Under the pieces are notes generated by a model. It did not search any database, was not told the origin of the DNA, and saw nothing but the letters and a program-made list of their open reading frames with translations. From Planctomycetota bacterium (GTDB lineage: Bacteria; Planctomycetota; UBA1135; UBA2386), in assembly GCA_965228735.1 (NCBI GenBank), contig OZ245838.1, forward strand, positions 1,760,001 to 1,824,000: a stretch of 64,000 bases of DNA, read 5' to 3'. The position numbers and the translations under genes are program-made. Each line of letters starts with the position of its first letter. The first letter of the stretch is position 1. This document shows positions 27,772-40,739 of the stretch, piece by piece.

Positions 27772-29565
27772 TCATTCCGGCTCGGGTTCGCGGATCGAGG
27801 CGACCATCGCCTGGACCTTCGCGGACGGCTTCGGGAACAGCGGCGTGAGGCCGAGCGCCACCCCGAAGTTGATGACCATGCCGACGATGCCGATGCCCTG
27901 CGGATTGATGCCGAAGCACCAGTGGGAGTGACCGAGGTAGACCGTGCCGAGGATGTAGTAGCCGGTGAACCCGATGCCCGCGAGCATGCCGGCGACCGCG
28001 GGGACCGCGCTCGTGCGCGCACCGAAGATGCCGAGCACGAGGATCGGGAAGAACGACGACGCGGCCAGCCCGAACGCGAACGCGACGACCTGCGACACGA
28101 AGCCCGGCGGATAGATGCCGAAGACGCCGGCGACGACGACCGCGAGCCCGATCGTGATGCGTGACACGCGCAGGCGTTGCGCCTCCGTCGCATCGGGACG
28201 CAGCATCCGATAGTAGAGATCGTGCGCGATGCTGCTGCTGATCACGAGCAGCAGACCCGACGCCGTCGACAGCGCCGCCGCGAGCCCGCCGGCCGCGACG
28301 AGCGCGATGATCCACGCCGCGAGCTGCGCCATCTCGGGCGTCGCGAGCACCATGATGTCCGGATCGGGCCCGCTGAGGCCGGCGGCCGTCATCGTGACCC
28401 GGCCATCGGTGCCGCGCGCACCGTCGCTCTCGAGCCACGTCGCGTGCTCGGCGCGGATGTCCGCGAACTCGATCGCGGACAGCTTGCCCATGCGGAAGAG
28501 CTCGTTCTGCGCCTGCTGCTCCGGCCCGTGATACTCGAGCCTGCCATCGCCGTCGTCGAGCCAGACGACGAGGCCGATCTCCTCCCACGTGCGATACCAC
28601 GTCGGCAGTTCGGCCGCGGTCTTGTGCTGCAGGCTCTCGAACACGTAGTAGCGCGCGAACGCGCCGGTCGCGGGCGCCGTGAGGTAGAGCAGCCCGATGA
28701 AGAACAGCGCGAAGAAGCCCGACCAGCGCGCCGCCCCGACGCTCTTCACGGTGTAGAAGCGCACGATCACGTGCGGCAATCCCGCGGTGCCGACCATGAG
28801 CGCCGCGGCGGTGCAGAACACGTTGAGCTGATCCCAGCGCCCGGTGAACGCGGTCGTGTAGTCGGCGAAGCCGAGGTCGCGGTGGATCTCGTCGAGCTTC
28901 TGCAGCACGGGCACGCCGCTCTCGAGCGTGCCGCCGAGGCCGACCTGCGGCACCGGGTCGCCCGTGAGCCGCCAGCTGATCGCCACGGCGGGGATCACGA
29001 ACGCGGCGATGAGCACCCAGTACTGCGCGACCTGCGTCCACGTGATGCCCTTCATCCCGCCGAGCGTCGCGTAGACGAACACGAGCGCCATGCCGATCAT
29101 CACGCCGACGTCGACATCGACCTCGAGGAAGCGCGCGAACACGATGCCGACGCCGCGCATCTGACCGGCGACGTAGGTGAAGCTCACGAACAGAGCACAG
29201 AGCAGCGCAGCGAGGCGCGCGGCCGACGACTCGTAACGATCACCGACGAAGTCCGGCACCGTGAAGTGGCCGAACTTGCGCAGGTACGGCGCGAGCAACA
29301 CCGCGAGCAACACGAAGCCACCCGTCCACCCGATGAGGTAGACGCCGCCCGCGTAGCCGAGGACCGAGATGAGCCCGGCCATCGACAGGAACGACGCGGC
29401 CGACATCCAGTCCGCCGCGGTCGCCATGCCGTTGGCGAGCGCGGGCACGCCCTGGCCCGCGACGTAGAACCCCTTGGTGTCGCGCACCCGCGCGCGCCAC
29501 GCGAGGAACAGGTAGAGACCGAAGGTCAGCCCGACGAACAGGAACGTCCAGGTCTGGACCGTCAC
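27772..29565 (-). CDS. Sodium:solute symporter, ActP-like
   Basis: NGMATAADWMSAASF, GGMKGITWTQVAQY, GTAGLPHVIVRFYT, AAALSTASGLL. Confidence 0.95.
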   Translation of the reverse strand: MTVQTWTFLFVGLTFGLYLFLAWRARVRDTKGFYVAGQGVPALANGMATAADWMSAASFLSMAGLISVLGYAGGVYLIGWTGGFVLLAVLLAPYLRKFGHFTVPDFVGDRYESSAARLAALLCALFVSFTYVAGQMRGVGIVFARFLEVDVDVGVMIGMALVFVYATLGGMKGITWTQVAQYWVLIAAFVIPAVAISWRLTGDPVPQVGLGGTLESGVPVLQKLDEIHRDLGFADYTTAFTGRWDQLNVFCTAAALMVGTAGLPHVIVRFYTVKSVGAARWSGFFALFFIGLLYLTAPATGAFARYYVFESLQHKTAAELPTWYRTWEEIGLVVWLDDGDGRLEYHGPEQQAQNELFRMGKLSAIEFADIRAEHATWLESDGARGTDGRVTMTAAGLSGPDPDIMVLATPEMAQLAAWIIALVAAGGLAAALSTASGLLLVISSSIAHDLYYRMLRPDATEAQRLRVSRITIGLAVVVAGVFGIYPPGFVSQVVAFAFGLAASSFFPILVLGIFGARTSAVPAVAGMLAGIGFTGYYILGTVYLGHSHWCFGINPQGIGIVGMVINFGVALGLTPLFPKPSAKVQAMVASIREPEPE

Positions 29566-29912
29566 AGCTCGCCTCCGGCGGCAGCGGCGCGCAGCTGCGC
29601 GAGCACGCGGCGATAGCGGCGGTCGAGCAAGGCCATGCCCACGGCATACACGAAGATCAGCGCGACGAACGCGATGATCGCGCCCTGCTGCGCGAACCAG
29701 AACCCGAGCGGGAAGCCGCCGAGGCGGTGCTCGTTCAACGGCTCGGCGAAAAGCACGCCGCAGCCGAGACCGGCAACGAACCAGCCGACGAGCAGCACCA
29801 GGGTGAAGATCACGTTGCGGCGCCAGTAACCGGCGTTCGCGGCCGCGATCACGGCTGGATCGACGTTCTGGTTCGCGATCGGCGCGCTGGCCGGGTCCGA
29901 GTCCGAGGGCAT
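29562..29912 (-). CDS. DUF4212 symporter small subunit
   Basis: YWRRN...GFPLGFWFAQQG; 4-nt overlap with the symporter. Confidence 0.9.
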   Translation of the reverse strand: MPSDSDPASAPIANQNVDPAVIAAANAGYWRRNVIFTLVLLVGWFVAGLGCGVLFAEPLNEHRLGGFPLGFWFAQQGAIIAFVALIFVYAVGMALLDRRYRRVLAQLRAAAAGGEL

Positions 29913-29955
29913 CCGAGGATGGTAGTAGCGCGCCCGGACCGCTTCACCTGTCGGC

Positions 29956-32370
29956 TCAGGCGACGCGACCGCGCAGCACGGCGACCCGTTCGACGACAGC
30001 CAGCAACAGCACGAGGGCGAGCGCGCCGAGCGCCCAGTCGGGCAGCCGCGACGTCGTCCGCCGAACGAGCGCCGGCGCGGGCGCGGTCGCTGCCGCGGTG
30101 ACGCGGTCGCCGCCGAGGCGTTCGAACGCGGCGATCCCGGCCGGCAACGGCGCGGGTTCGTCGAGCTCCCACGACAGCGCGACCGGCGTCGGCTCCGCAT
30201 CGCGCTCCGCCCGCATCACGTGCTGCACCCAGAGCGTGAGCCGGGCGGGGAACGCCGACTCGCCGCGCATCTCCGCCCCCGCCCCACCGAACAGATCGGC
30301 GGCGAACGCGCCGATGCGCCCGAGCCCGCGATTGCCGAAACAAAGCAGCGGCCAGCCGTCGTCGCCCGCGACGAGCAGCACCGCGGCGTCGAGCGGCGCG
30401 GTCGTCGGCACCGCCGCGCCGAGCGTCGGCCAGGTCGTGCCCGCCGCGGGCCGCGGCAAGAGCAACGGTGAGCGCGCGACCGCGCGCACGGGCACCCGCT
30501 GCGGCGGCTCCGGCTCCGGCTTCTCCGCCTCCTCCGGCTCGGGATCATCGGGCGGATCGTCCACCGGGTCATCCGGTGGCTCGGTCATCGAGTCGGGGGC
30601 CGGCTCGCCATCGCCCTCGCCGTCCCCTTCCCCTGGCCCACCACCGCCACTTCGCCCCGCGCGATCGAGCGACCGCGCGACCTCGGCGCTCACGAACACC
30701 GGCACCTGGTCCGCCGCCGGGATCTCGAAGAACTGCCCGCCGCCGTCGTTCGTGATGCTCAGCGCGTCTTTCGCGAACTCGGTGTTCGTCGTCTCGTCGA
30801 CGATCGACAGGATCGAACACGAGATGCCCTGCTCGCGGAACAGCCGGTGGGCCAGCGCGCGCAGCGCGAACGTCTCTTCCATCCGGAACTCGCCGTCCGT
30901 GACGACGACGATGTGTTTCACCGCGACCTGTGCCGGCGCGAGCAGCTCGCCCGCCCGCTGCAGGCCCGCGAGCAGGAACGTGTTGTCGAGCCCGTGGGCG
31001 AGCCGCGCGACCCCGGCCCGGATCGCCGCGCCGTCCTCGGCATTCGTGAGCGGCAGCTCGACGCGCGCCGCGTTCTTGTTGCCGAACGTCACGATGCCGA
31101 CCTGATCGTCCGCGGTCAGTGCGCGCGCGCTCTCGAGCGCGCTCGTCTTCGCGTAGCTCATCTTGGAGCGCCGCTCCGGGCCGACGACGATGCCCATGCT
31201 GCCCGAGCGATCGACGACGAGGACCATCGCGATCGAGCGCTTGTCGACCTCGATCGGGTCCTCGCTCACGGGCGTCGGGTCCTCGATCTCGCCGGTCGGC
31301 GGCGGGCGGTCGGCCGGCGTGGGCTGCGGCGGCGTCGGGTCGGCCGGGACTGGGTCCGCCGTCGGGTCGGGCTGGGTCGGGTCGGGCTGAGTCAGCGAAT
31401 CCGGCGTCGACGACGGTGCGGTTGCGCCCCCGCCCGCGCCGGCGGTGCCGCCACCCTCGATGCGAGCACCGGCAGCCCCGCGCGGCTCGGGCAGGAGCGG
31501 CAGCGCATCGAAGAGCGGCTCGCCCGGAGAGCCGAAGCCCGGCGCGAGAACGAAGACACCGAGGCCGTCGGTCATCGCGTCCGCGATCACCCGCTGCGCG
31601 TTGGCCGGCAGCTCCGCGCCGACCACGACTGCCGCGAGGCCTTCGAGTTCGGCAGCCCCGATCGCTCGACGGGCAGCCGGAACGTCGACCGCGACCCCCT
31701 GCGCCGCGAGCGCCGCCGCCGCGTTGCCGCTCGGCTCGAGCACGAGAACACGGGGTGCCGGCCGGGCATCGAACGCGCCCGTGTACGTCAGCTGCCGATC
31801 CGGCACCTGCACCGCGAGCGTCACGCGATGGCGACCCGCCCGCGTCGGCACGAACGATGCCTTTGCGGGCCGGTCCGCGCGCAGCACGGCGGTCTTCTCG
31901 AGCACGCGACCGACCGCGTCGAGCACCGTGAGCGTGACCGGGTAGTCGCCGGCGATCGGCGTGCCCCCAACCCGCGGCGACCGGACCTCGCGCGGCAACC
32001 GCACCTCGAGTTCGACGGGTCGGCCGACCGCCGGCGGGCGCGGCAGGACGACGCGCAGGGCGCCCGGTTCGAACGACAGCGGCGCGGTCTCCGTCACGAG
32101 CTCCGCGCCGAGCGGCCCGCGCGGCAACTCGGCCACCGGTCGCGCGGCCCGCAGCGTGAGTTCTTCGGCACGCGGACCGGCGCGCCCGGCCGCGACGAGG
32201 ATCGCGGTCGTCGCGCGCTCGACCGCGCCCGCGACGTCGCCGCCGTCGATGAGTTCGACGCTGCGATGGTCGGCCTCGGCTTCGACGAACGTGACCGCGA
32301 CCGGGTCCGCGAGCCCGACGACGAACGCGAGCAGCGCGGCGAGCGTCAGGAAGCGCAGGAGTCCGATCAT
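29956..32370 (-). CDS. Membrane-anchored VWA domain protein
   Basis: MIDAS DRSGSM, VVVTDGE; N- and C-terminal TM segments; Pro/acidic linkers. Confidence 0.85.
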   Translation of the reverse strand: MIGLLRFLTLAALLAFVVGLADPVAVTFVEAEADHRSVELIDGGDVAGAVERATTAILVAAGRAGPRAEELTLRAARPVAELPRGPLGAELVTETAPLSFEPGALRVVLPRPPAVGRPVELEVRLPREVRSPRVGGTPIAGDYPVTLTVLDAVGRVLEKTAVLRADRPAKASFVPTRAGRHRVTLAVQVPDRQLTYTGAFDARPAPRVLVLEPSGNAAAALAAQGVAVDVPAARRAIGAAELEGLAAVVVGAELPANAQRVIADAMTDGLGVFVLAPGFGSPGEPLFDALPLLPEPRGAAGARIEGGGTAGAGGGATAPSSTPDSLTQPDPTQPDPTADPVPADPTPPQPTPADRPPPTGEIEDPTPVSEDPIEVDKRSIAMVLVVDRSGSMGIVVGPERRSKMSYAKTSALESARALTADDQVGIVTFGNKNAARVELPLTNAEDGAAIRAGVARLAHGLDNTFLLAGLQRAGELLAPAQVAVKHIVVVTDGEFRMEETFALRALAHRLFREQGISCSILSIVDETTNTEFAKDALSITNDGGGQFFEIPAADQVPVFVSAEVARSLDRAGRSGGGGPGEGDGEGDGEPAPDSMTEPPDDPVDDPPDDPEPEEAEKPEPEPPQRVPVRAVARSPLLLPRPAAGTTWPTLGAAVPTTAPLDAAVLLVAGDDGWPLLCFGNRGLGRIGAFAADLFGGAGAEMRGESAFPARLTLWVQHVMRAERDAEPTPVALSWELDEPAPLPAGIAAFERLGGDRVTAAATAPAPALVRRTTSRLPDWALGALALVLLLAVVERVAVLRGRVA

Positions 32371-32401
32371 CGGATGGCCAGATCGTGGCGGGCGGCGCGG
32401 T

Positions 32402-33670
32402 TCAACGCGACGGCGCGGGCAGGAAGACCGGCGTCAGCCAGTCGACGCGGTCACCCAGGTCGCGCCCCTTGCCGAAGTCGACCTCGAGCACGAGGTCCAT
32501 CCCGGGCGTCACGGCGATCAGCCCGGTGTCGCGCGGCCGGTCGCCGGTCTCGAGGCCGCGCTGCTCGAAGACCGTGATCCCGTTGTGCAGCACGCGCACA
32601 TCGACGTTCGCGCGCAGCGGCAGCGCCGCCGCGCTGTCGTCGAGCGCGACGCGGGTCCAGAACGCCTCGCAGTCGGGCGGCACGGTGAACGTGAGCCGAC
32701 TCTTGCTGTGCACCCCGAGCCCCATCGCGTGGGTCCGATCCGACGCGACGAGCGGCCCGCCGAGCGCGGTTGCGTTGCGGCGATAGGGATGCACGACAGG
32801 CCCATCGAAGCCGTTCTCGACCGCGGCCGACGGCTGCAGCTCCGACAGGTGGCGGCAGTTGCCGTGCAACGTGAGGCAGCCGAGATCGCCGTAGCGCACG
32901 TCGACGGTGCGCCCGGTCTCGAGCTCGATCCGCACCGACGCAGCGCCGAACGTGACCGCGTCGCAACCGAGGCGATCACCCGTGCGCGTCACGAGCGTCG
33001 CGATCGGCGCCCGTTCCCGCGGCGCGGGGTCGCCGATGCGCAGCGCGACGAACGCCTTCTCACGATAGAGCTGTGGGTCGTCGCTGTCGTCGAGCGCGAA
33101 CCGCAACCCCTGCGGGTCGAAGCGATGCAGGCGGCCGACGCGCAGGTCGTAGCCGATGCGCGCGCGAACGAAGAGCGCCTCGTCGACGCCGTCGGGCAAC
33201 TCCAGGCGCGCGGGCGTGAGATCGCTGCCGCCACCACGCGGCACGTAGGCGGCGATGCGATCGACCTCGAGCTCGATCGGACCGAGCACGGGCGACAGCA
33301 GTCGCACCACGTTGCCCGCCGCGTCGCCGCCGGTCAGCGTGCCGCGCACGACGTCGCCGCCCTGCAGCCAGACCGCGGCGAGCTCGACCGGCCGCGCCGC
33401 GACGCCGTGCACCGCGATGAGGTCGGCACCCGCGATCGGCAGTCGGCCGTTCGGCAGGCTCGCCGTGAAGCCGTCCTGCACGCTGCCATCGAGCGCGGTC
33501 GCGCGCACGACCTCACCCTGCCGCAGCGCCAGCTCGAGCGGCGGCGAGGCCTCCGACTGCGGCGCCGCCGCGCCCGGCGCCTGCGGCATCGCGACCGCCG
33601 CGACCAGCACGCCCACCGCCAGAACGCGGGCGACCGGCAGCCCGCGGACCGCGGATCGCGCCCGCGTCAC
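32402..33670 (-). CDS. Exported protein with C-terminal NPCBM/NEW2 domain
   Basis: GLGVHSKSRLTF...LVLEVDFG...DLGDRVDW; start GTG 33670 uncertain. Confidence 0.75.
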   Translation of the reverse strand: MTRARSAVRGLPVARVLAVGVLVAAVAMPQAPGAAAPQSEASPPLELALRQGEVVRATALDGSVQDGFTASLPNGRLPIAGADLIAVHGVAARPVELAAVWLQGGDVVRGTLTGGDAAGNVVRLLSPVLGPIELEVDRIAAYVPRGGGSDLTPARLELPDGVDEALFVRARIGYDLRVGRLHRFDPQGLRFALDDSDDPQLYREKAFVALRIGDPAPRERAPIATLVTRTGDRLGCDAVTFGAASVRIELETGRTVDVRYGDLGCLTLHGNCRHLSELQPSAAVENGFDGPVVHPYRRNATALGGPLVASDRTHAMGLGVHSKSRLTFTVPPDCEAFWTRVALDDSAAALPLRANVDVRVLHNGITVFEQRGLETGDRPRDTGLIAVTPGMDLVLEVDFGKGRDLGDRVDWLTPVFLPAPSR

Positions 33671-33681
33671 GAAGGCACGGA

Positions 33682-33736
33682 TGCCATTCTGACACCTCGG
33701 CCAGCGGGCCAGCCCCGGCCAGCTGTCAGATTGGCG
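33682..33736. promoter_or_regulatory. Pair of putative upstream activator sites
   Basis: TGCCATTCTGACA (33682-33694) and TGTCAGATTGGCG (33724-33736): inverted copies, 11/13 match, 42 bp apart. Confidence 0.55.
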
Positions 33737-33846
33737 GTCGCACGTTCTCCCCACACTCTCCCCAGCACTCGGAAGTGGCGCCATAAGCTGTTTTTCAGGT
33801 ACCAGTTGCATACGAATCGTCGAAGCGCGGGCCGACCGGCCGAGGC

Positions 33847-33863
33847 CCGGCACCCGGTTTGCT
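33847..33863 (+). promoter_or_regulatory. sigma54 (-24/-12) promoter of the chaperone operon
   Basis: CCGGCACCCGGTTTGCT: GG-N10-GC, close to the consensus YTGGCACG-N4-TTGCW. Confidence 0.7.
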
Positions 33864-34082
33864 ATACGCCGCCCTTCCGGACCGGACGAGCCCGTCTTGT
33901 TCGGTTCCGAACTCGTTCGGTTCAGCATCGATGTCCTCGGTCGGTCCCTGGCGCCTGCAGCAGCCGCTGCGCCCGCGCGAGGTCGGCCCACCGCGGACCT
34001 ACCCCCAGAATTCCGGTCGCGCGGCGCCAGCTGACGCCCACGGCCATGACAGTAACTATCGAGATTCCCCTCCGAGGTTGTG

Positions 34083-35699
<1,617 letters not shown>

Positions 35700-35763
35700 C
35701 TCGGCCAGAAAACGCCACCCCTACACCCCCCACACAGCATTCACTTCAGGAGCAAGAACTATC

Positions 35764-36057
35764 ATGGCATCCCTTCGTCCCCTCGATGACCGCGTCGTGC
35801 TGCAGGTGCTCGACGCCGAAGAAACGACCGCCGGCGGCATCGTCCTGCCGGATTCCGCCAAGGAGAAGCCGCAGCGCGGCAAGGTGACCGCGGTCGGCAA
35901 CGGCCGCCTCGGCAAGGACGGCAAGCGCCTCGCCCTCGACGTCAAGAAGGGCGACGTGGTCCTGTTCGGCAAGTACGCCGGCAGCGACGTCGTCGTCGGC
36001 GGCAAGGACCTCAAGATCCTGCGCGAGAACGAGATCCTCGCCAAGGTGGAGGGCTAA
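35764..36057 (+). CDS. groES: Co-chaperonin GroES
   Basis: [30 protein letters not shown]. Confidence 0.98.
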   Translation: MASLRPLDDRVVLQVLDAEETTAGGIVLPDSAKEKPQRGKVTAVGNGRLGKDGKRLALDVKKGDVVLFGKYAGSDVVVGGKDLKILRENEILAKVEG

Positions 36058-36062
36058 CTCCG

Positions 36063-37673
<1,611 letters not shown>

Positions 37674-37708
37674 TCCTGGAGCCGATCTCCAATTGGATCC
37701 GGCGCGTT

Positions 37709-37755
37709 GCCCGTCGCCGGTCGGCCGCCTCGATGGCGGTCCGCCGGTGACGGGC
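37709..37755 (+). terminator. Long GC-rich hairpin between groEL2 and dnaJ (mRNA stabiliser or partial terminator)
   Basis: GCCCGTCGCCGGTCGGCCGCC-TCGAT-GGCGGTCCGCCGGTGACGGGC; no clear U-tract. Confidence 0.45.
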
Positions 37756-37803
37756 TTCGCGCATAGTTGAATCGACACCGACGCCCGCCGCCCCAACCAC
37801 CTG

Positions 37804-38949
37804 ATGGCTCAGAAGCGCGACTACTACGAGATCCTCGGTGTCGACCGGGGCGCGGATGACGAGACCATCAAGAAGGCGTACCGCAAACTCGCGCTCGCCA
37901 ACCACCCGGACCGCAACCCCGGGGACGAAGCGGCCGAACGCCGCTTCAAGGAAGCGGCCGAGGCCTATGCCGCGCTCGGCGATGCCCAGAAGCGGCAGCG
38001 CTACGACCAGTTCGGTCATGCCGGCGTCGACGGCGCCCAGGGCGGCGGCGGCTTCCAGTCCGCCGAGGACATCTTCGCCGCGTTCGGCGACCTGTTCGGC
38101 GGCGGCGGTGGCGGCGGCGGGTTCTTCGAACAGTTCTTCGGTGGCGGCGGTCGGCGCGGTCGCGGGCGCCGCGGCGCGAGCCTCAAGGTCGACCTCGAGC
38201 TGACGCTCGAAGAGGTCGCCACGGGCGTCAAGAAGACCATCCAGCTGAAACGCCACGAGGCCTGCGGCAACTGCAGCGGCAGCGGCAGTAAGCCCGGCAC
38301 CGAGAAGTCGACGTGCTCGACGTGCAACGGCCACGGTCAGGTCGTGCGCTCGCAGGGCTTCTTCCAGCTGCGACAAGTCTGCCCGAGCTGCCACGGCCAG
38401 GGCGAGACGATCGATGACCCGTGCCCGAAGTGCCGCGGTCGCGGCGTGGTCGGCAAGGAGGCGCCGGTCAACATCAGCATCCCGGCCGGCATCGAGTCCG
38501 GCCACACGGAGCGCATTCCGGGGCAGGGCGAACCCGGCGAGGCCGGCGGTCAGCCGGGCGATCTCGTCGTCGTGCTGCACGTCATCGAGCACGAGGTCTT
38601 CACGCGCTATCGCGACGACCTGCTCATGCAGACGCGGGTCAGCTTCCGCCAGGCCGCGGTCGGCGACGAGATCGAGATCCCGACGATCACGCGCGAGACC
38701 GTCAGCCTCAAGATCCCCGCGGGCACGCAGCCCGGCGAACGGCTGCGCATCAAAGGACACGGGTTGCCCCGCGCCGACGGTTACGGCCGCGGCAACCTCG
38801 TCGTACAGATCCAGGTCGACGTGCCGAAGAAGCTCACGGCGGAGCAGCGCGAGCTGCTCGAGAAGTTCGACGAGCTCGAGAACGGCAAGAAAGGCAAGAA
38901 GAACGCCAAGAAGACGATCTTCGAGAAAGTGAAGGACATCTTCTCGTGA
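37804..38949 (+). CDS. dnaJ: Chaperone DnaJ
   Basis: J domain with HPD, G/F region, four CxxCxGxG repeats. Confidence 0.98.
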   Translation: MAQKRDYYEILGVDRGADDETIKKAYRKLALANHPDRNPGDEAAERRFKEAAEAYAALGDAQKRQRYDQFGHAGVDGAQGGGGFQSAEDIFAAFGDLFGGGGGGGGFFEQFFGGGGRRGRGRRGASLKVDLELTLEEVATGVKKTIQLKRHEACGNCSGSGSKPGTEKSTCSTCNGHGQVVRSQGFFQLRQVCPSCHGQGETIDDPCPKCRGRGVVGKEAPVNISIPAGIESGHTERIPGQGEPGEAGGQPGDLVVVLHVIEHEVFTRYRDDLLMQTRVSFRQAAVGDEIEIPTITRETVSLKIPAGTQPGERLRIKGHGLPRADGYGRGNLVVQIQVDVPKKLTAEQRELLEKFDELENGKKGKKNAKKTIFEKVKDIFS

Positions 38950-39560
38950 AGGACACCGACAAGAACAAGACAGAGGACGAGGTCGAGACCGACGCGGCGA
39001 CCGAGCCGACGAGCGAGATCCCGAGTCACGATCAGGAGTTCAAGCGCCTCCAGCAGGAGCGCGACGAGCTCGAGACCAAGCTGCAGCACGCGATGGCCGA
39101 CCTGGCCAACGTGCGCCGGCGGCAGCGGCAGGAGATCGACGACAACCGCCATCGCGTGCTCGAAGGGCTGACGCAGGAACTGCTGCCGGTGCTCGACACG
39201 TTCTCGATGGCGGTGCAGGCCTACGACGCCCAGCAGGCCCAGGACGCCCGAGGTGAGCAGGCCGGGGCCGCGCAGGATCCGAAGGCGCTCGTCGAGGGCG
39301 TGCGCATGGTTCGCACCATGCTGTCGTCCGTGCTCGAGCGGCATGGCCTACAGGAGATCGCGGGCAGCGGTCCGTTCGACCCGAATCGACACGAGGCCAT
39401 GGCCATGGAACCCTCCGAGGACGTTCCCGACGGCCACATCGTGCGCGTCATGCTCACGGGCTACCAGCTCGGCGACAAGGTCGTGCGCCACAGTCGCGTC
39501 GTCGTGGCCGGCTCCGACCAGGCTGCCGGCGACCCGACCGACGAGCCGACGGAGGACTGA
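38946..39560 (+). CDS. grpE: Nucleotide exchange factor GrpE
   Basis: GTGA overlap with dnaJ; ADLANVRRR, ELLPVLD, FDPNRHEAM, GYQLGDKVVR. Confidence 0.93.
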   Translation: MKDTDKNKTEDEVETDAATEPTSEIPSHDQEFKRLQQERDELETKLQHAMADLANVRRRQRQEIDDNRHRVLEGLTQELLPVLDTFSMAVQAYDAQQAQDARGEQAGAAQDPKALVEGVRMVRTMLSSVLERHGLQEIAGSGPFDPNRHEAMAMEPSEDVPDGHIVRVMLTGYQLGDKVVRHSRVVVAGSDQAAGDPTDEPTED

Positions 39561-39562
39561 CG

Positions 39563-39913
39563 GTGCCGACCTACGACTACGTGTGCAACGCGTGCGGTCA
39601 CCGGTTCGAGGAGTTTCAGACCATGACCGCGAAGGAACTCCGCAAGTGCCCCGCGTGCGGGGCGAACAAGCTCGAGCGCCTCATCGGCACGGGCGCGGGC
39701 GTGATCTTCAAGGGCTCCGGCTTCTACGAGACCGACTACCGCGGCGAGTCGTACAGCAGCGACGCCAAGAAGGACTCGAGCTCGGGCGACAAGCCTGACA
39801 GCGAATCGTCGAGCAGCAAGTCCGACACGAAGAAGGCCAGTCCGAAGAGCACCGGCGCCAAGAACGACTCGTCTGGCCAGAGCACGAAGTCGAAGTCGAA
39901 GTCGAACGACTGA
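39563..39913 (+). CDS. FmdB family zinc-ribbon protein
   Basis: MPTYDYVCNACGHRFE...CPACG...IFKGSGFYETDY; Ser/Lys-rich tail. Confidence 0.92.
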   Translation: MPTYDYVCNACGHRFEEFQTMTAKELRKCPACGANKLERLIGTGAGVIFKGSGFYETDYRGESYSSDAKKDSSSGDKPDSESSSSKSDTKKASPKSTGAKNDSSGQSTKSKSKSND

Positions 39914-39982
39914 CCTGCTCGGCCGTCACGCCTGACCGCGACATCCCGCGCCTTCGCGTGTGATTTTCGCTACGCTTCTGCC

Positions 39983-40732
39983 ATGGGCCGAACGTTGCGA
40001 CTGTTCACCGTGATCATCGGATCCGCGCTGCTCTCCGGCTGCGTCGGCTGGTTCTTCAGCGGCGAGTCCTACGCGGAGCGCTCGCGCCCGGTCGCGCTGA
40101 TCGAGACGACGGGCGGCGTCGAACTGGCCGCGACCACGGAGTACGGGATCCTGCTGCTCGGTCGAACCGCGACGTCGGGAGCGTGCCGCGTGCACTACTT
40201 CATCGGTCCGACCCCGGACATCGAGGACGGCCGGCTCGAGCCCACGGGCGCCGTGTTCACGCGGGCGGAGATGCCCCTGAAGCACCAGGCCGTGCGCGTT
40301 CTCGACCGCAGCCCCACCGGCGCGGATCAGCTCCTCGCGATGTGGACGCCGGACGGCACGAACGTGCGGGCCCTCGATGTCACGCTCGCGACCGACGACC
40401 GCGTCCGCGGCGAAGCGGTGCTCGACGATCCGGGCGAAGAACTCCCCGCCGGCGCCGCGGTGTTCCGGATCGACCACAAGGACCGCCTCTACTTCGTCGG
40501 ACTCGTCGCGGGCAAGGCGACGTTCGAGAACTCGGACCCGGGCAGCGGCTCGAGCGGACGCGGCTTCTACGTGCTCGCCGGCGTCGATCGCGTGCGCGAG
40601 ATGCTCGCGGTTCCGGAGCGCTACCCGGTCGACTACGAGCCGGTGTACCGCCCGGACGGGATCCGCGTGCTGCGCCCGGTCGGCAAGGGCGCCAGCAGCA
40701 GCAGCAGCAGCGGGAACGACCCGCAGCGCTGA
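39983..40732 (+). CDS. Hypothetical lipoprotein
   Basis: Lipobox LSGC; GC3-rich codon pattern. Confidence 0.7.
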   Translation: MGRTLRLFTVIIGSALLSGCVGWFFSGESYAERSRPVALIETTGGVELAATTEYGILLLGRTATSGACRVHYFIGPTPDIEDGRLEPTGAVFTRAEMPLKHQAVRVLDRSPTGADQLLAMWTPDGTNVRALDVTLATDDRVRGEAVLDDPGEELPAGAAVFRIDHKDRLYFVGLVAGKATFENSDPGSGSSGRGFYVLAGVDRVREMLAVPERYPVDYEPVYRPDGIRVLRPVGKGASSSSSSGNDPQR

Positions 40733-40739
40733 CCCGTGC

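Noticed and set aside
33762..33788. CIRCE element before groEL
   Set aside because: Only a left-arm-like CCAGCACTC is present; there is no GAGTGCTAA arm after 9 nt.
40692..40711. (CAG/AGC)n microsatellite as a phase-variation switch
   Set aside because: In-frame triplet repeat encoding a poly-Ser tail at the extreme C-terminus; length change would not shift the frame.
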